Shown piece after piece: positions 1 through 13,627 of a stretch of 64,000 bases of DNA. The notes beneath the pieces are model-generated. The model saw only the letters and a program-made list of their open reading frames with translations, ran no database searches and was not told where the DNA came from. Numbering within the stretch: the stretch's first letter is position 1; each line of letters starts with the position of its first letter. Made by a program: the position numbers and the translations under genes. The stretch comes from Monocercomonoides exilis PA203 (taxonomy: Eukaryota > Protista > Preaxostyla). Where the stretch lies: NCBI GenBank assembly GCA_001643675.2, contig LSRY02000035.1, positions 372,001 to 436,000 on the forward strand, in the 5' to 3' direction.

Positions 1-15
1 TTTGTAATGTAATAC

Positions 16-2074
16 CTACAATTCAGCATGCTCTTCATCACCTTCTGAATCATCGTCATCTGCACTCGAACCCTGAACACCCAGAAGTGGTTCCACAATT
101 TCTTTCAACTCTTTGAGTTTCTCTTCGTTTTCTTCCTTCTCAGAATCTGGGTTCTCCTTCAGCCAATCAGAGACATCGCTAACTGCATCTTCAACTTTGG
201 TCTTTTCCTCCTCGTTCAGTCTAAGGTTCACTTCGCTTTCAGCATCATCTAATTGCTTCCTTAGATCTGATGTGTATGTCTCTAAATCATTGCGAGATTT
301 CACATTGGCAAGAGCCATCTCGTCCTGTTGCTTGAATTCTTCTGCTTCTCTTGTCATTCTCTCAATTTCTTCTGGTGTCAAACGTCCTTTGTCATTTGTA
401 ATCACGATAGACTCTTTAAGTCCCATGGCTTTTTCCTCTGCTGTAACTGAAAGAATCTGGTTGGCATCAATTTCAAAGGTGACTTCAATTTGTGGCTCTC
501 CTCTCTTTGCTGGTGGAATGTTTGACATAGTGAATGTTCCCAATGCGTGATTATCTTTTGTAAGTGGTCTTTCTCCTTCAAACACTTGAATAAGCACATA
601 GTCCTGGTTATCTTGTGGTGTTGAAAATGTCTTGGTTTTTTTGCATGGAATAATGGTTCCTCTCTCGACGATTGGAGTCATCACACCACCAACTGTCTCA
701 ATTCCAAGAGTCAATGCAGCTCTGTCAATAATAACCATATCTCTATCTAATGTCTGATTTTTCGAGTCAGAAAGAAGTCCGGCTTGGATGGCTGCACCGT
801 AGGCAACAGCTTCATCTGGGTTAATTCCTTTTGCAAGCTCTCTTCCATTGAAGAAGTCTCTAACAAGTTGTTGAATCTTTGGAATACGTGAGGAACCACC
901 AACCATCACGATATCGTCAATATCTCCCTTCTTAAGGTTTGCATCCTTCAGCACTTGTTCAATTGGCTTCAAGGTTCCTCTGAACAGATCAGCATTCAAT
1001 TCTTCAAATCTTGCACGAGTCAAAGTCTCCCTGAAATCTTGTCCTTCAAAGAAATTATCAATTTCAATAATTGCTTGATATGAAGTTGACAACACGCACT
1101 TTGCCTTTTCAACTTCTCGACGCAATTTTTGCATGCAACGATGGTTGGTTGATACGTCGAGTCCAGTCTTCTTTTGCCACAATTTAAGCAAGTGAGTAAC
1201 AACACGTTGATCAAAATCTTCTCCTCCCAAGTGAGTATCTCCGTTTGTGGATAACACCTCAAAAACGCCCTCATCAATTTGAAGAAGAGATACATCAAAT
1301 GTCCCTCCACCAAGATCATAAACAAGAATATTTCTCTCTGCATCATATTTCTTATCCATACCGTATGCAATAGCTGCAGCTGTAGGCTCATTCAAAACAC
1401 GCATCACGTTCATTCCAGCAATGGTACCTGCATCCTTTGTTGCTTGACGTTGTGCATCATTGAAATAAGCAGGGCAAGTGACAACAGCATGAGTAACAGT
1501 TTTGGACAAATAATCTTGAGCAATTGTTTTCATCTTCGTTAAAACCATGGCAGAAATTTCTTCAGGTGAAAATATTTTCGATTCCTTTTTAACCATGACT
1601 TCAACCATTGGTTTTCCTTCCTTATTCACAAGTTTAAATGGGTAGAGCTTAGCATCACGTTTAACTTCCGGATCGTCCCATCTTCGTCCAATTAGTCTTT
1701 TCATATCATATAACGTATTAGTTGGGTTGAGAGACACTTGAGATTTGGCCGCATCACCAATTAATCGATCAGTTTCCGTGAATGCAACCCATGAAGGAGT
1801 TGTTCTATGACCCAATTCGTTGGCAATAATTTCAACACGACCATTTTGATATACACCGACACAACTGTAAGTTGTTCCAAGATCAATACCAATCACAGTT
1901 CCGACTGATGTAAAATCAAATGAAGATCAAAAAATATTCGGACGTGAAATTTTAAAATCTTTCAAAATATTTTCGTTACAAACCTTTTGGCTTTCCATCT
2001 TCATCATCAGAACTTCCTTTCTTTGCATATGCGAACAATGCAACAACCGATAAGACAAAAAACTTTATGCTCAT
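16..2074 (-). CDS. BiP: ER luminal Hsp70 (BiP/GRP78), 2 exons (intron 1905-1983)
   Basis: Hsp70 signatures [27 protein letters not shown] and [13 protein letters not shown]. Exon 1 encodes a signal peptide ([17 protein letters not shown]). The C-terminus is HAEL-stop. The GT..AG intron joins the frames. Confidence 0.96.
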
Positions 2075-2167
2075 TTTCTTTGATCCGCACCCTTATCTCT
2101 AACGACGTTATGTTCGACATCTGGGTATAATTTGATCAATTTTGAGCAAAATTGATTAAAAACACCA

Positions 2168-3152
2168 ATGTCTTTGTATATTGGAGCTCTTCCACAAGGC
2201 TTGAATGAAGTTTCATTCAGAGAAAAATTTGAGCCTTATGGAGAATTGGTTCGAAGCGATTTGAAAGGAAGATACGGATTTGTAACTTTTGAGAAGCTTG
2301 AAGATGCAGAGAAAGTAATACAAGAACTTAATGGTAATAAGACATTTATCCATGTTTTATAAATATTTTATTGAAAATTATTCTTTTAGGAACAACATGG
2401 AACGACAAAGAAATTATTGTTGAAGTTTGAATTTACTTGATATTGTTTTTTTGAAAATAATAACGAATCATATCCAACTGAAACGTTAATTTATTTCATA
2501 AAATCAATTAATAGAAAGTACTTCATCCAAGAGGATCAAAACCAAGGTTTTCTTCCAGGTGTTTTATTTGTAATGAAGTAGGTTTGTGCCAAAGTAACAT
2601 AGTTTTTCTGAATAAAAATTATTTGTAACTATTACAGGTCATAGAGCCAAAGATTGCCCTCGTAATTATTCAAGAGGTTATTCTTCAGGCTATTCATCAA
2701 GAAGGTTTGCTTTAATTTTTCTTTCCAAAACTTTTATCAAAATGATTTTTGCTTGAAAAAAAAATTCAAAACGAAGTCGAACTCGTTCAAGGTCAAGAAC
2801 ATATGGCCATCGTCGTCGTTTTCATAGATCTCGTTCTTCATCACCATCTTCTTCACCTTCATCTCGTTCTAGATCTCGTTATCATCATTCTCGTCATCAT
2901 CGCAGGCACCATTCATCTCCACCAACATCTTCTTCACGAAGCCGATCTCGTTCACACAGAAAAGATAAAAAGAGATCGGACACAAAATCAAAACGCTCTG
3001 CTCATAAATCACGCTCTCTTTCACACTCACGCAGTCTTTCTCGCTCAAGATCCAGTTCTTTTTCTCAAGATTCTAGAAAATCAAGAAAATCTTCCAGTCG
3101 CAGCAAGCGTCGTCATTCAAAACACTCTTCACGTAGGAGGAGCAAGAGTTAA
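2168..3152 (+). CDS. SR splicing factor, RRM + CCHC zinc knuckle + RS domain (SRSF7/9G8/RSZ-like), 5 exons
   Basis: RRM (LYIGALP; RYGFVTFE), spliced knuckle CFICNEVGHRAKDCP, and Arg/Ser-rich last exon ending at TAA 3150-3152. Intron donors at 2334, 2425, 2582 and 2705 keep the frame. Confidence 0.88.
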
Positions 3153-3567
3153 AGATGATTATAAGATACAAGTTGTCAATTATAAGTAATGTAGTAATTG
3201 ATTATGTCTTCTTCATCTTTCATTTTAAAAGATGTTTTCACTGGTGTTCGAAATTTTTTAACTCGAACATGGTCTCTTTTTGCGATTTAAATAAAATTTT
3301 TTTGCAATTCATCTCATTTTATTACTCAAAAGACAAATAAACTTTTTAACACTCAGATATTGAATTGATATATTTTTCAAATCTAATCTTCAAAAAAGAA
3401 AGGTTTCAGTAGAATTCAAAACATTTTTGACTTTTTGCGTTTTCTTTTTGTCAAGTTTTATTTTTCTTCCAATAAACTATTTATACTCGAATCTGACAAA
3501 AAATCGCCCCATTATATCTAAGAATAATATTTTATTTAAAAAAAACGCAATCTAACTCGCAGATATT

Positions 3568-6500
3568 ATGAGTTACTATCAATTTGCCCCCTTTCTGTCT
3601 ATACAGAATCACGATGGAGCTATTCTTTCTGTGAGTTCTTCCTCGAGATATCTTGTTTCGTCAAGCAGAGATAAGACATGCAGAATCTGGGATTTGAAAG
3701 TTCGTTGTTGTTTATCTCCAAAGTTTTAATTAAACGCACATGTTAATTTTTTGTTTTAGAGAGGATGTCTGACTCAAACTGTTCGAGGGCATTCAAGTTG
3801 GGTGAATCAAGGAATTCTTGAAGGAAGATTTCTTCTCACGGGATGCTTTGATGGTAAGCTACGTATATGGGATTTAAAGGCATGTAATTTTCATTTATGT
3901 GCAATTATTAGCATTTTAAACTGTTGTATTTTTTCAGGGGAAAAATAAAGAACAAAACGTTCCATATTTTGTTGTTGGAGGAAGAATGGATGAACCTCAA
4001 TTATTTCATTCACTCTCTTCAGGGAAAAATTTGTATTTTCTAGTTGTTTCACAATCTTCAACACCTGATTCAAAGATATTGACAAATGAACTTCAAATTT
4101 GGAATATTCAAAAAAAACGACTTGAATTCACTTTTGAAAAAAAGATACCTTCTATCACTAAGACACTTCTAATTGAAGGTGCTGATGCACAAAACATTTT
4201 ATCAAAAAAAGAGCAATCGAATTTGACTGCAACAAATCTTGTTCGCTCAATTTTGTGCATTGGAACAATAGCTGGTTCGTGCATGATTTTTCAAATCACA
4301 ACATCCTCATCAAGTAGAAACGAAAATGCAGCAAATGCCCTTGCACCGCATGCCTTAATTACACGTCAGCATTCGCTTGCGCTGTTCCACGGCTCTATCA
4401 CTTCTCTCTGTTCAGGCGAAGGGATTCTCTATGCTTTGTGCTGTGTGGAGAGCCTTGTCTGCGCTGTTGACATTGCAACAGGCGGAGTAATAAAGAAAAT
4501 ACCCTTCGGAGCGCCTCATACAATCACGTCACTGGCGCTTGTTGGAGAAGACCAGCCGGAAGACAGCGATCAAAGGAAAGATGGCAATGCAAGTAACACG
4601 AAAGAAAAGAATCTTCAAACACAAAAAGAAAAAGCACAGGAGAACAGGTTGCTGGCTGTTGGAACAAAAACATCTGCAATTTGTCTTTTGGACAGCAAAA
4701 CAGGAAAGAAAGTGGGCAGTCTGGAAGGGCACGATGCTCCTGTTCAGACACTGCTGACAATAAATGCACTAACAAAATCTTATTCCATTTCAACATCTTC
4801 TTCTTTCTCTTCCTTTTCTTCCTCTTTCACTTCCTCTAAAGACGTTCTGTATGCTGCGTCTAGTGCATCATCAATCGCTAAACAGTCACCAAGCACTCAA
4901 AATGCTGCATCTAATGAAAACACACAGAATTGCATACCACTTTTGATTTCTTCGTCAGCTGCTGGTGAGTTGATGATTTGGGATGTAACGAGAGAGAAAA
5001 GGACGAGCAAAAAGGAGATTGAAGGACAAAACGAAAGTACAATTGAAGAAGAACTGAGCGATGACGATGACGATGACGAAGATGAAGACGAAGAGGAGGA
5101 CGATGATGATGACGACGACGAAGAAGAAGATGATGACGAGGAAGAAGAGGAAGAAGAACTCGAAGATTCGTTAATGGGAACGGGATTTGGATCAGATCCG
5201 CATCTATTTGCGTCTGCGTGTGGACACGAAACAGCAGTCAGTGGGATGGCGTTGATCGACATTGATGCTGCCATTCTGAAGAAGATTCTGAAGCTGAAAG
5301 AGAAAGAAGAGAAAACAGGCATTGTGGTTAGCGGAGAAGGAGATGCTTCGAATGAAAGCAGCTTTGCTGTTGAAGAGAACGAGAACGAGAATGAAAGCGA
5401 AGACGATGAGGACGACGACGACGATGAAGAAGATAGCTACGACGAATATGACGAAGTTGAAGGAGCCTTCAAAGAAGCAGGAAAGCAAAGCAGCACAAAC
5501 AGCGCAAGCAGAAGAGAAGGTCTCTCAAGTGACAGAGCCATTCAAGATGGAAGCGCAACACCTCAAATGCCCCGCGGCAGCTGGGCGCACACAGCCTCTG
5601 GGTGGCATCCAGTCATCACCACAGACTCTCCTCCTCTCTTCCGCTCGTCAACCTCACTGGGTTCAACAGTGCTGTCTTCTTCTTCTTCTTCTTCTTCCTC
5701 TTCCTCTTCCTCATTCTCATCGACGCTGATGATGACACCCACACAAAAGGGGATTGAGCAGAGTCCGCAGCTATCTCCTCCGAGTGTGCAAAGAAGCAGC
5801 TATGGTCTTTCTTCACAGGTCAGCACGCCTTTGTCAAGGACTCAGGGATCAAGTGCTTCTGCTTTGTCTTCTTCTTCAGCTTCTTCAGCTTCTTCAGCTT
5901 CTTCAGCTTCTTCAGCTTCTTCAGATCTCAATTCAACAGGAATCAGCCGAATGCGCAGAAAAGGGAGAGGCAAGAAGGAAAGAAGGGAAAGAGGAGAAGG
6001 AGAAGGAGCAAATGATAGCAAAAACAAAGAACATGATAAAACAAGCAAGAAATGTGTGACAGTGTTAGCTTCTTTCAGTGAAGGGACGATTCATTTGTGG
6101 CAGCTGCCGACTGTTGATGATGTGATTATGATAGAAAAAGAGAAGAGCAGACTGAAGAAAGAAGCAAGAGAGAGAAGAATAGCCAAAATTAAGGCTAAAA
6201 AAGAGAGAAGGAGAGAAAAAAGGAGGCAGAGGAGGCTGATGAAGGAGCAGAAGATGAAGGAAAATTCCAAAAGCAAAGGAGAGAAACGCGCAAATGACAT
6301 AGAAAATGACATGTCTCCGAGCGATGACATGAAAGACGAAGACATTTCAGATATTTTGACACCTACATCTGAATTGAAGGGGCCATCAGCCACTCAAACA
6401 TTGTCAACAATACAGACACCATCACACACACAAGCAATAACAGCATCGTCTTCATCTTCGCAATCTTCTTCTTCGTCTTCTTCTTCCTCTTCTTCCACAT

Positions 6501-9500
6501 CAACACCTCTACCAACACAGAGAGAATCAGAGCTGTTCCAGCTGATTTCTCTTCTTCTGCAGCAGCAGCAAAGTGACATCAGCGAATCAAACAGCCTGTG
6601 GAAGATGTCAGAATTCATTCATTCTTCACTGGAATCCTTTGAAGAAGGGATAAAACACAGAATTTCGCTTTTCCCCCTCAAATCTGTGCAAAGGGAAGAG
6701 ACAGAAGAAGAAAAAAAAGAAAGAAAAGCGCTTGAGGAGATGATGCAGCAGAAGGAGAAAGAAGCTAAAGGCAAAGCGAAGAATGAACTGACTAACCCGC
6801 CCAGACTTGCCGATGATGAAATGGCGAAAAACAAAAACATTTCGCTTTTCTCAACATCGTCACAGTTTATCTCGAAGGCAACACAGCCGTATTCTTCGCC
6901 TTTGAATGATCCATACTCTTCTTCTTCTTCTTCTTCTTCCTCTTCCTCTTCCTCCTCCTCCTCCTCTCTATCTTCCATTTTCATTCCGCTTGTCGAGGAA
7001 GATCAGTCAAGTTTTTCTTTATCATCGTCTCAACACCAACAAGCAGATTTCCCAGCCACTCCGCACAGAACACCAACAAAGAAATCTGCACAAACAAAAT
7101 ATTCCATTGCCTCTCTCTCTCCTTCTCCTCCTCCTCCTCCTTCTTCTTCTCCCTCTCCCTCCCAATCACCAAATTCAGCTTCCTCAACAGCTGCAGCAAT
7201 CACGGTCACTCCAAAGCATCTTGTGCCATCATCTTTACTCTCCACACCTTCTGCCTCACACTCAGCATCTGCCCAGCATTCCTTCCTTCTCCACTCACAA
7301 GCACGCTCTCATTCCCATCCACACCAAACTGCACCGCCTTCCCCATTCACCTCTCTTTTCCTGTCTTCTCCAGCTTCTTCTTTCTTCTTCTCTGCTCATC
7401 CGTCTCCCTTCCGCTCATTCATTTTCTCCTCTCCTTCAAAACTCTCCCAGGAGCCTCTCACATCCTCTCCTTCTTCCTCTTCCTCTTCCTCTTCCTCTTC
7501 TCCTTCTTCTTCTCCTTCCTCTTCCTTCCCATCCGATTTGAATGCAGACAATACTCTTTTCTCTTCCTTTGACTTCTCCTCACTCAGCTCAGTGCATCTG
7601 CTCCTGAAGCGCACAGCCAGCCGAAGCTTCGACTCGGCTGTGGTGCTCCGAAACATCGCAAAAGTGCTGGACTCTCTTTTTGCCTCGCTTTCGCTCTCTT
7701 TCGGAGTGGATTCGGGTGTTCTGAATGGACCTGTTGCATCAGCAATGGCTGTGCCGTTGAAAAGGAGAGGAAATGCAGTTGATGCAGAGAATAAAACAGG
7801 ATCTGCTGGTGATTCAGGCAATCTTTCTTCTTCTTCTTCTTCTTCTTCTTTGTCTCAGTCATCTGCACCACAGCTGTCTCTTTCCTCTCCTTTTGCATTT
7901 CTCTCTTCGTTTGATCTTCGCCTGGCGTTTGGGCTGATTAAATCTCTTCATTCGCAACTGGCTCAGATGGAGTCGAAAATGAAGGAGATGGCAAAGGCAG
8001 CTAAAAAGACAGAGAAAAAAGAAGGAGAGAATGAGGAAGAGCAGACAAATCAAGAAGAAAACAGAGGAAGCGACGAAGCAGAAGAAATCAATCCGAATGT
8101 GCCGTCTGACATTGGGTCACCGCTTCTTTCAGACTCTCCAAAGAAGCTGTCTCAATCACCTTCTTCTTCACCTTCATCTTCCTCCTCCTCCTCTTCTTCT
8201 TCTCGTCTTTTAGACAGAATTGGAGCGATCGTTGATAAGATGGACTCATTCTTTGAGGAAGAAGGCGAATGGAGTGCGCAAATAGCAGAGATGAAGCAGA
8301 CAGTGGCGAAGGAGAATGAGAAGATAGAGAAATGGAGGAAAGAGAAAGAGCAAGAGCAAGAGAAGGAGAAAGAGGAGATTCTGGAAAAGATGATGGTGAA
8401 AGAAGGAGAAGTCGAAGCGCTGCGAGCTGAGTGCAATAAGGCAAATGATGACTTGAAGCAAAAAGAGGAAGAGATGAATGAAGAAATAGAAAGGGTGAAG
8501 CAGCAGCTGAAGGAGGCAGAGGAACGAGAAAGATCAAAAATAGCACAATTAGAAGAAGAAAAAGAGAAGAGAAGAAAATTGGAGAAGGAACTGAGGCAGA
8601 GACAGACAGAATACGAGCAAGAAATTGAAGAGCTTAAGCAGAAAGAGGAAGAAAATGAAGCGCAAAGAGAAAGCGAAAGAAGAAAAGAGAGAAACAACAA
8701 AGCGGAGTTGGAGGATAAGAATTCCAAACTGAAAGAAATAATAGCAAAAGAAGAGGCAGAAAGAGAAGCGATGGAAAAGGAGAAAGAAAAAGAAAGAAAT
8801 TCTTATGAAAGTAAAAAACAGGAATTAATTGAGCAGTTCGAAAGAGAAAAGAAAGAATGGGAAGAGAGAGATAAAGAGAAAGCGGAGATGTTTGAGAGAG
8901 AAAAGAAGAAGGCAGAAGATGAACTGGTTGAAGCACTTAAAAAGATGGAAGAGGAAAGCGAAGCAAACAGCAAAATGAAGAAGGAGATTGAAAAATTGGT
9001 GGAAGAGAAAGAGAAAGAGAAGGAGAATGCTGAAGATGAAAGACACAAAAACGAGATTTTGAACGAGGAGCTGCTGAAAGTGAAGAAAGAGAAAGAGGCA
9101 GTTGATGAAGAGCTGGAGAGGATTGAGAGAGAAAAGAGGAAGGAAGTTAGAGAGATGAAGGCGACAATACAAATGATGGAGGATGAATCAGAGAAGAAAA
9201 AGGAAGAAATTGAGAGAATGAAGAAGGAGAAAGAAGAAGAAGAGGCGAAAAATGAACATTTGGAAGCAGAATTGGAGAAAATTGGGAAGGAGCAGGAATT
9301 ATTGAGAAGCGAATGTGCAAAGAATGGGGAGAAGATTAAAGAGTTAGAAGCAGCAGCAGAAGAAGCAGAGGAACAAAAGGAGAAAGATGACAGATTGTTT
9401 GAAGCACTTCAGAAGAAACACGAAGGACTCAAAGAAGAGAAAGAGAAGATGGAAAAAGAGAACGAGAAAACAGAAAAGGCGCTTATGAAAGAAAAAACTA

Positions 9501-12500
9501 AAACAGAAGAGCTGATGAAGGAAAATGCGATGTTCAAAGAAAAAGCACAGGAAATGATGGAGCTCCAAAAGGAGGCAAGACAAAACTTTGAAAGGAAAAT
9601 GGCAGAGATTGAAGAGAAGCTGAAAGATGAAACAGAAAAGCAGAATCTGATCATAAACGAATTGGAAAAGAAGAAGAAAGAAGCCGAAGACGAACTGGCG
9701 AAGGTGAAGAAAGAATTTGCAGAGCGCTGGGCAGAGAAAGAGAAAGAGCTGAGGAAAGAAATGGAAGAGGAAATCAACAAGAAGACGCTGGAGTTGTCGA
9801 TGTGGGTGAAGATGGAGGAAGAAAAGAAGAAAGACAAAGTGGAAGAGGAGGAAAGAGAGAGGCAGAGGGAGTTGGAAAGAGAGATCGAAAGGCAGACAGC
9901 AGTGGAGAAGGAGAAGGAGAGAGAGAAAGAGCGGAAAGCAGACAGAGAAACAATCAGACAGAAAGAGGAAGAGATAGAAAAACTGACACGGAAGCTGGAA
10001 GACACAGAGAAGGAAAGAGAAAAAGAGAAAGAGAAGTTGAGCAGAATTGTCAGAGAGAACGAATGGGAAAAGGATAAAATGAAGGAATTACACGATGTGG
10101 AGCTGTTGGAGAAAGATAGAGAAATACAGAGGATTAAGCTGATTGCGAAGGAGAAAGAGGAAGAGAGGGAGAATGAGAAGGAGAAAGAAAAGGAAAGAGA
10201 AAAAGAGAGGACAAAACAGATAAGTATTGAAAGAAGCGAAAAAGCAGAGCTGAAGATGGAAGTGGCAGAAAAGCAGAAGGAGTTGGAGGAGATGAAGAAA
10301 TCTGTAGAAGATATTAAGCAAATGTGTGAGGAAAACAAGGAAAAAGCGAAAAAAGCAGCTGAATTGGAGAAACTTGCAGAGGAGCAAGAGAACAGAATAA
10401 AAGAAGATAGAAGAGAGATTAATGCATTGAAAGATCAGATTGAAAAGGAAAAAGAGAAAGCGAAAATGCAACAAAGAGAAAGAGAAAGAGAGAAAGAGAA
10501 AGAGAATGAGCTCAGAGAAGAAGCAGAAGAAGAGAAGAAGAAGAAAGATGCTCAAATAAAGCAGCTGCTTAACGAAAAGAACGAAGCAGACAAGCAAATG
10601 AAAGAAAGACAGAAGCAACTTCTGAACAAAGAGAAGGAAATATCTGAATTAAAGGAGCAATTGAAGAACGAACAGAATGAATCGAATGAAAGAGAAAAAG
10701 AAAGAGAACAAGAAAGAGAGAATGAAAGAGAAAGAGAGAAAGAGAGAGAAAGAGAGAGAGAAAGAGAGAATGAACGAGAAAAAGAAAGAGAAAAAGAGAG
10801 GGAGAGGGAGAGAGAAAGAGAGATGGAGATGGAGAAAGAGAAAGAGAAAATGGAGAATGCGTTAAAGTCTCACATTGAAGATGCAAAGAATCTGAAGCAG
10901 CAGACAGAGCAAGACCAAAAGGTAATCGACAAGTTGGAATCAGAACTTGCACAATTGAAGGAGAAAGTGAAGGAGCTCACAGACTCAATTCCAGTTCAAA
11001 TGGATGTTGGAACAGAAACTTCTATTCTTCTGTCACAAACACCTCCACTTGTTCCAACACCTCCGAATGTGAGTGAAGATGTGGTTAGATTGAAGGCAAA
11101 GAACAGAGAGCTGCGGGCAGAGCTGCTGCAGATGAAGAAGAAGCTGCGTGCGATGGAAAGAGAGAAAGAGAATGGGCAGAGGAAGAAGATTTCTGGCTCG
11201 TCGCTGTTTGCAATGGACTCAGTTGAACTGAACTTGGTGGATGCCAGTTTTGAGCTGGATGCAGACGAAACAAGCTTGTTGGAGGAGACAGACGAGCCAG
11301 AAGACGTCACTGTTGAAGAAGTTGCTAAAGAAGAAATACAAGAAGAAGGGAAGAAGGAAGAAGGGAAGGAAGAAGAAGAAGAAGAAGTTCAAAATTCTCA
11401 GAGCGATGCAGGTGATGAGAAAAGAGAGGATGAAGAGTTGCCTGAACAACAGTTGGATCCTGAACAAACAGCCACAATACAACAGCTGGAGGACTCTCTG
11501 TCTTTTCTGGAAGAAAGTGATACCATTCAAAAATCGAGATATGATGAATCACAGACCGAATTATTGGACATAGATGAAGATGAAAATGAAGAGAAAAATG
11601 AAGAGAAAGATCGAAAACAGGTGAATGAAAGAGAGGAATTAGGAAACCAAATGGAGGAAGCAGAGGCCGAGATGAAAGAGGAGCCTGCAAACGATCAAGA
11701 AGAAGGATTACACGAGAAAGAAGCAAAAGAAGCAAAACAAGAAGAACAAGAAGAAGACATTGAATATCCATTTGACGAGGAAAAAGAAGAAAACGAGATA
11801 TCTTCTATTGCAGAATATCAGCCAGAATGCATTCGCCCAGCATTGCTTGACAGCACTCAGGATTCGATTCCTTTCATCCTCTCCACGTCAATTGTACTCC
11901 CAAGTGGCAATGTGGAAGATGCCTTCCAATCTCCCTCACTCAGACTCGTTGAGAATGAAAGGGCCAAAGAGAAAAACGAGATGAACAGGCAAACAAGTGA
12001 ACAAGTCACACCTCATTCTCTTCGGTTGGAAGAGTCCAACACATCACTGCAGATGATATCTCCTCTTTCATCTTCTACTCCTCTTGTCAATCATTCTGCA
12101 AGGCGCTTGCAACAGCCTTCTTCTCATGCTAAAGATAACCTTCCTTCATCATCATCATCATCTTCTTCTTCTATCTCTGATGCAGCATCCATCTCACCCT
12201 GGACGTCTTCCCCTGGAATATCGCCATTGTTGTACTCAACACCTCCCTATGAACCAGGTGGGATGTCTTATTCACCTCTTGTCTCACCTTCCTATTTCGG
12301 GTTTGGCAGCACCCCATCGACTGCATCTACAAACAGATCAATGGGAAATCCAATGAATTCTGCAGATGTGCCAAAGGGTTCCCCAATTGAAACACCCACA
12401 GAAAGAGCCAGCCCTCCACTGTCGCCTCCCACACTATCATCTCCTCTGAGATCGACAATCCCCACAAATGTCGTGGGAACGCCATCACCGCAGACTGCGA

Positions 12501-13627
12501 AGTCTTCACTTCCTGCTGGTTTTCAGAAAGCTCAATCAACACAAAATTCAAAAACATTGACAGAAGGGAAAACTCAACGTCCAAAAGGAACAGAAACGAA
12601 AAAATCATCTTCTGAAGTGGTGAAAGGCGCAAACAATTCTTCTTCAACAAGATCTTCTACCACGCCATCAACTGTAGTTGTACCTTCTCCATCACTCCAA
12701 ACACATCCTTCTTCTTCCTCTTTCACATCAAAATTATCTCAACCAAAGCATTTTTCGAAAAAAGCATCTTCGAAGTTCGGTGATTCGTCAAACAAAAAAC
12801 TGACATCTTCAACGTCAAAGCTTATAACACCAAATGCCTCTGAGAAGAATTTGTTGAAGCGATCCGACTCAAACAGCTCTGTTAAACAAGCACAGCCAAT
12901 CAAAAGTACACATCAACTGAAAAGAGTTCCATCAGATTCTTTAAAGCCAAAACAAAAGTCTGCTGCAAAGCCTTCATCCTCAATTCACACCTCATCAATT
13001 GGATCATCATCAGCTAAAAAACAAGACGCATTGCCATCCAAAAGCATTCCGGCAAAACCAAAGACCGTTGCTTTTGCTGGCATTCCCACCAATCCATCAT
13101 CATCATCATCTTCTTCTTCTTCTTCATCACATGCCTCTTCAGAAATACAACCCGCCAAGATTCCTTCTCTGTCACTTCCACAGGGCATCCGCCAGTCACG
13201 TTCTCTTTCTCGTTCTCAATCACGCTCTCCATCCAGATCCCGCTCAAACTCCTGCCCTCGTTCGCATTCCCGTTCCTGTTCGCGCTCACACTCACCTTCT
13301 CCTTCGCCTAACGATATTCTACCAGCTGTGTCTGTGAAGCGTGTGGAATCGCCTTCTGCTTCGTCGATGAAGCATCACTCTACCAGCACCCGATCACTGT
13401 CGCCTTCGCCTTCTTCAGGACAACTGACACAAGAAGACAGTCAGCTTCCAGAGGAGGAAAGGAGTTATTGCCCTAAGCATCAGTTCCATCCATCAGCGAG
13501 ATTGAGTCCAAGAGAGCAAGTTGGTTGCACTTTCAAATATTGCTATTGCTATCAGCCACCTGATGAAGTTGGAAAAGGCGAGGGAAACGAAGAGGGAGCA
13601 GAAGAACAGAAAAGGAATAACATTTGA
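3568..13627 (+). CDS. Giant WD40-repeat / long coiled-coil / Ser-rich protein (~3,300 aa), 3 exons
   Basis: Upstream exons 3568-3699 and 3760-3879 encode WD40 repeats (HDGAILSV..SSSRDKTCRIWDLK; GHSSWVNQ..TGCFDGKLRIWDLK). They splice in frame into the 3213-aa ORF, which has further GH..WD motifs, a ~1,000-aa E/K coiled coil and a Ser/Pro tail. Confidence 0.85.

Noticed and set aside
2749-3189. 146-aa His/Leu-rich ORF in the track
   Set aside because: Wrong frame of the RS-domain exon of the SR gene.
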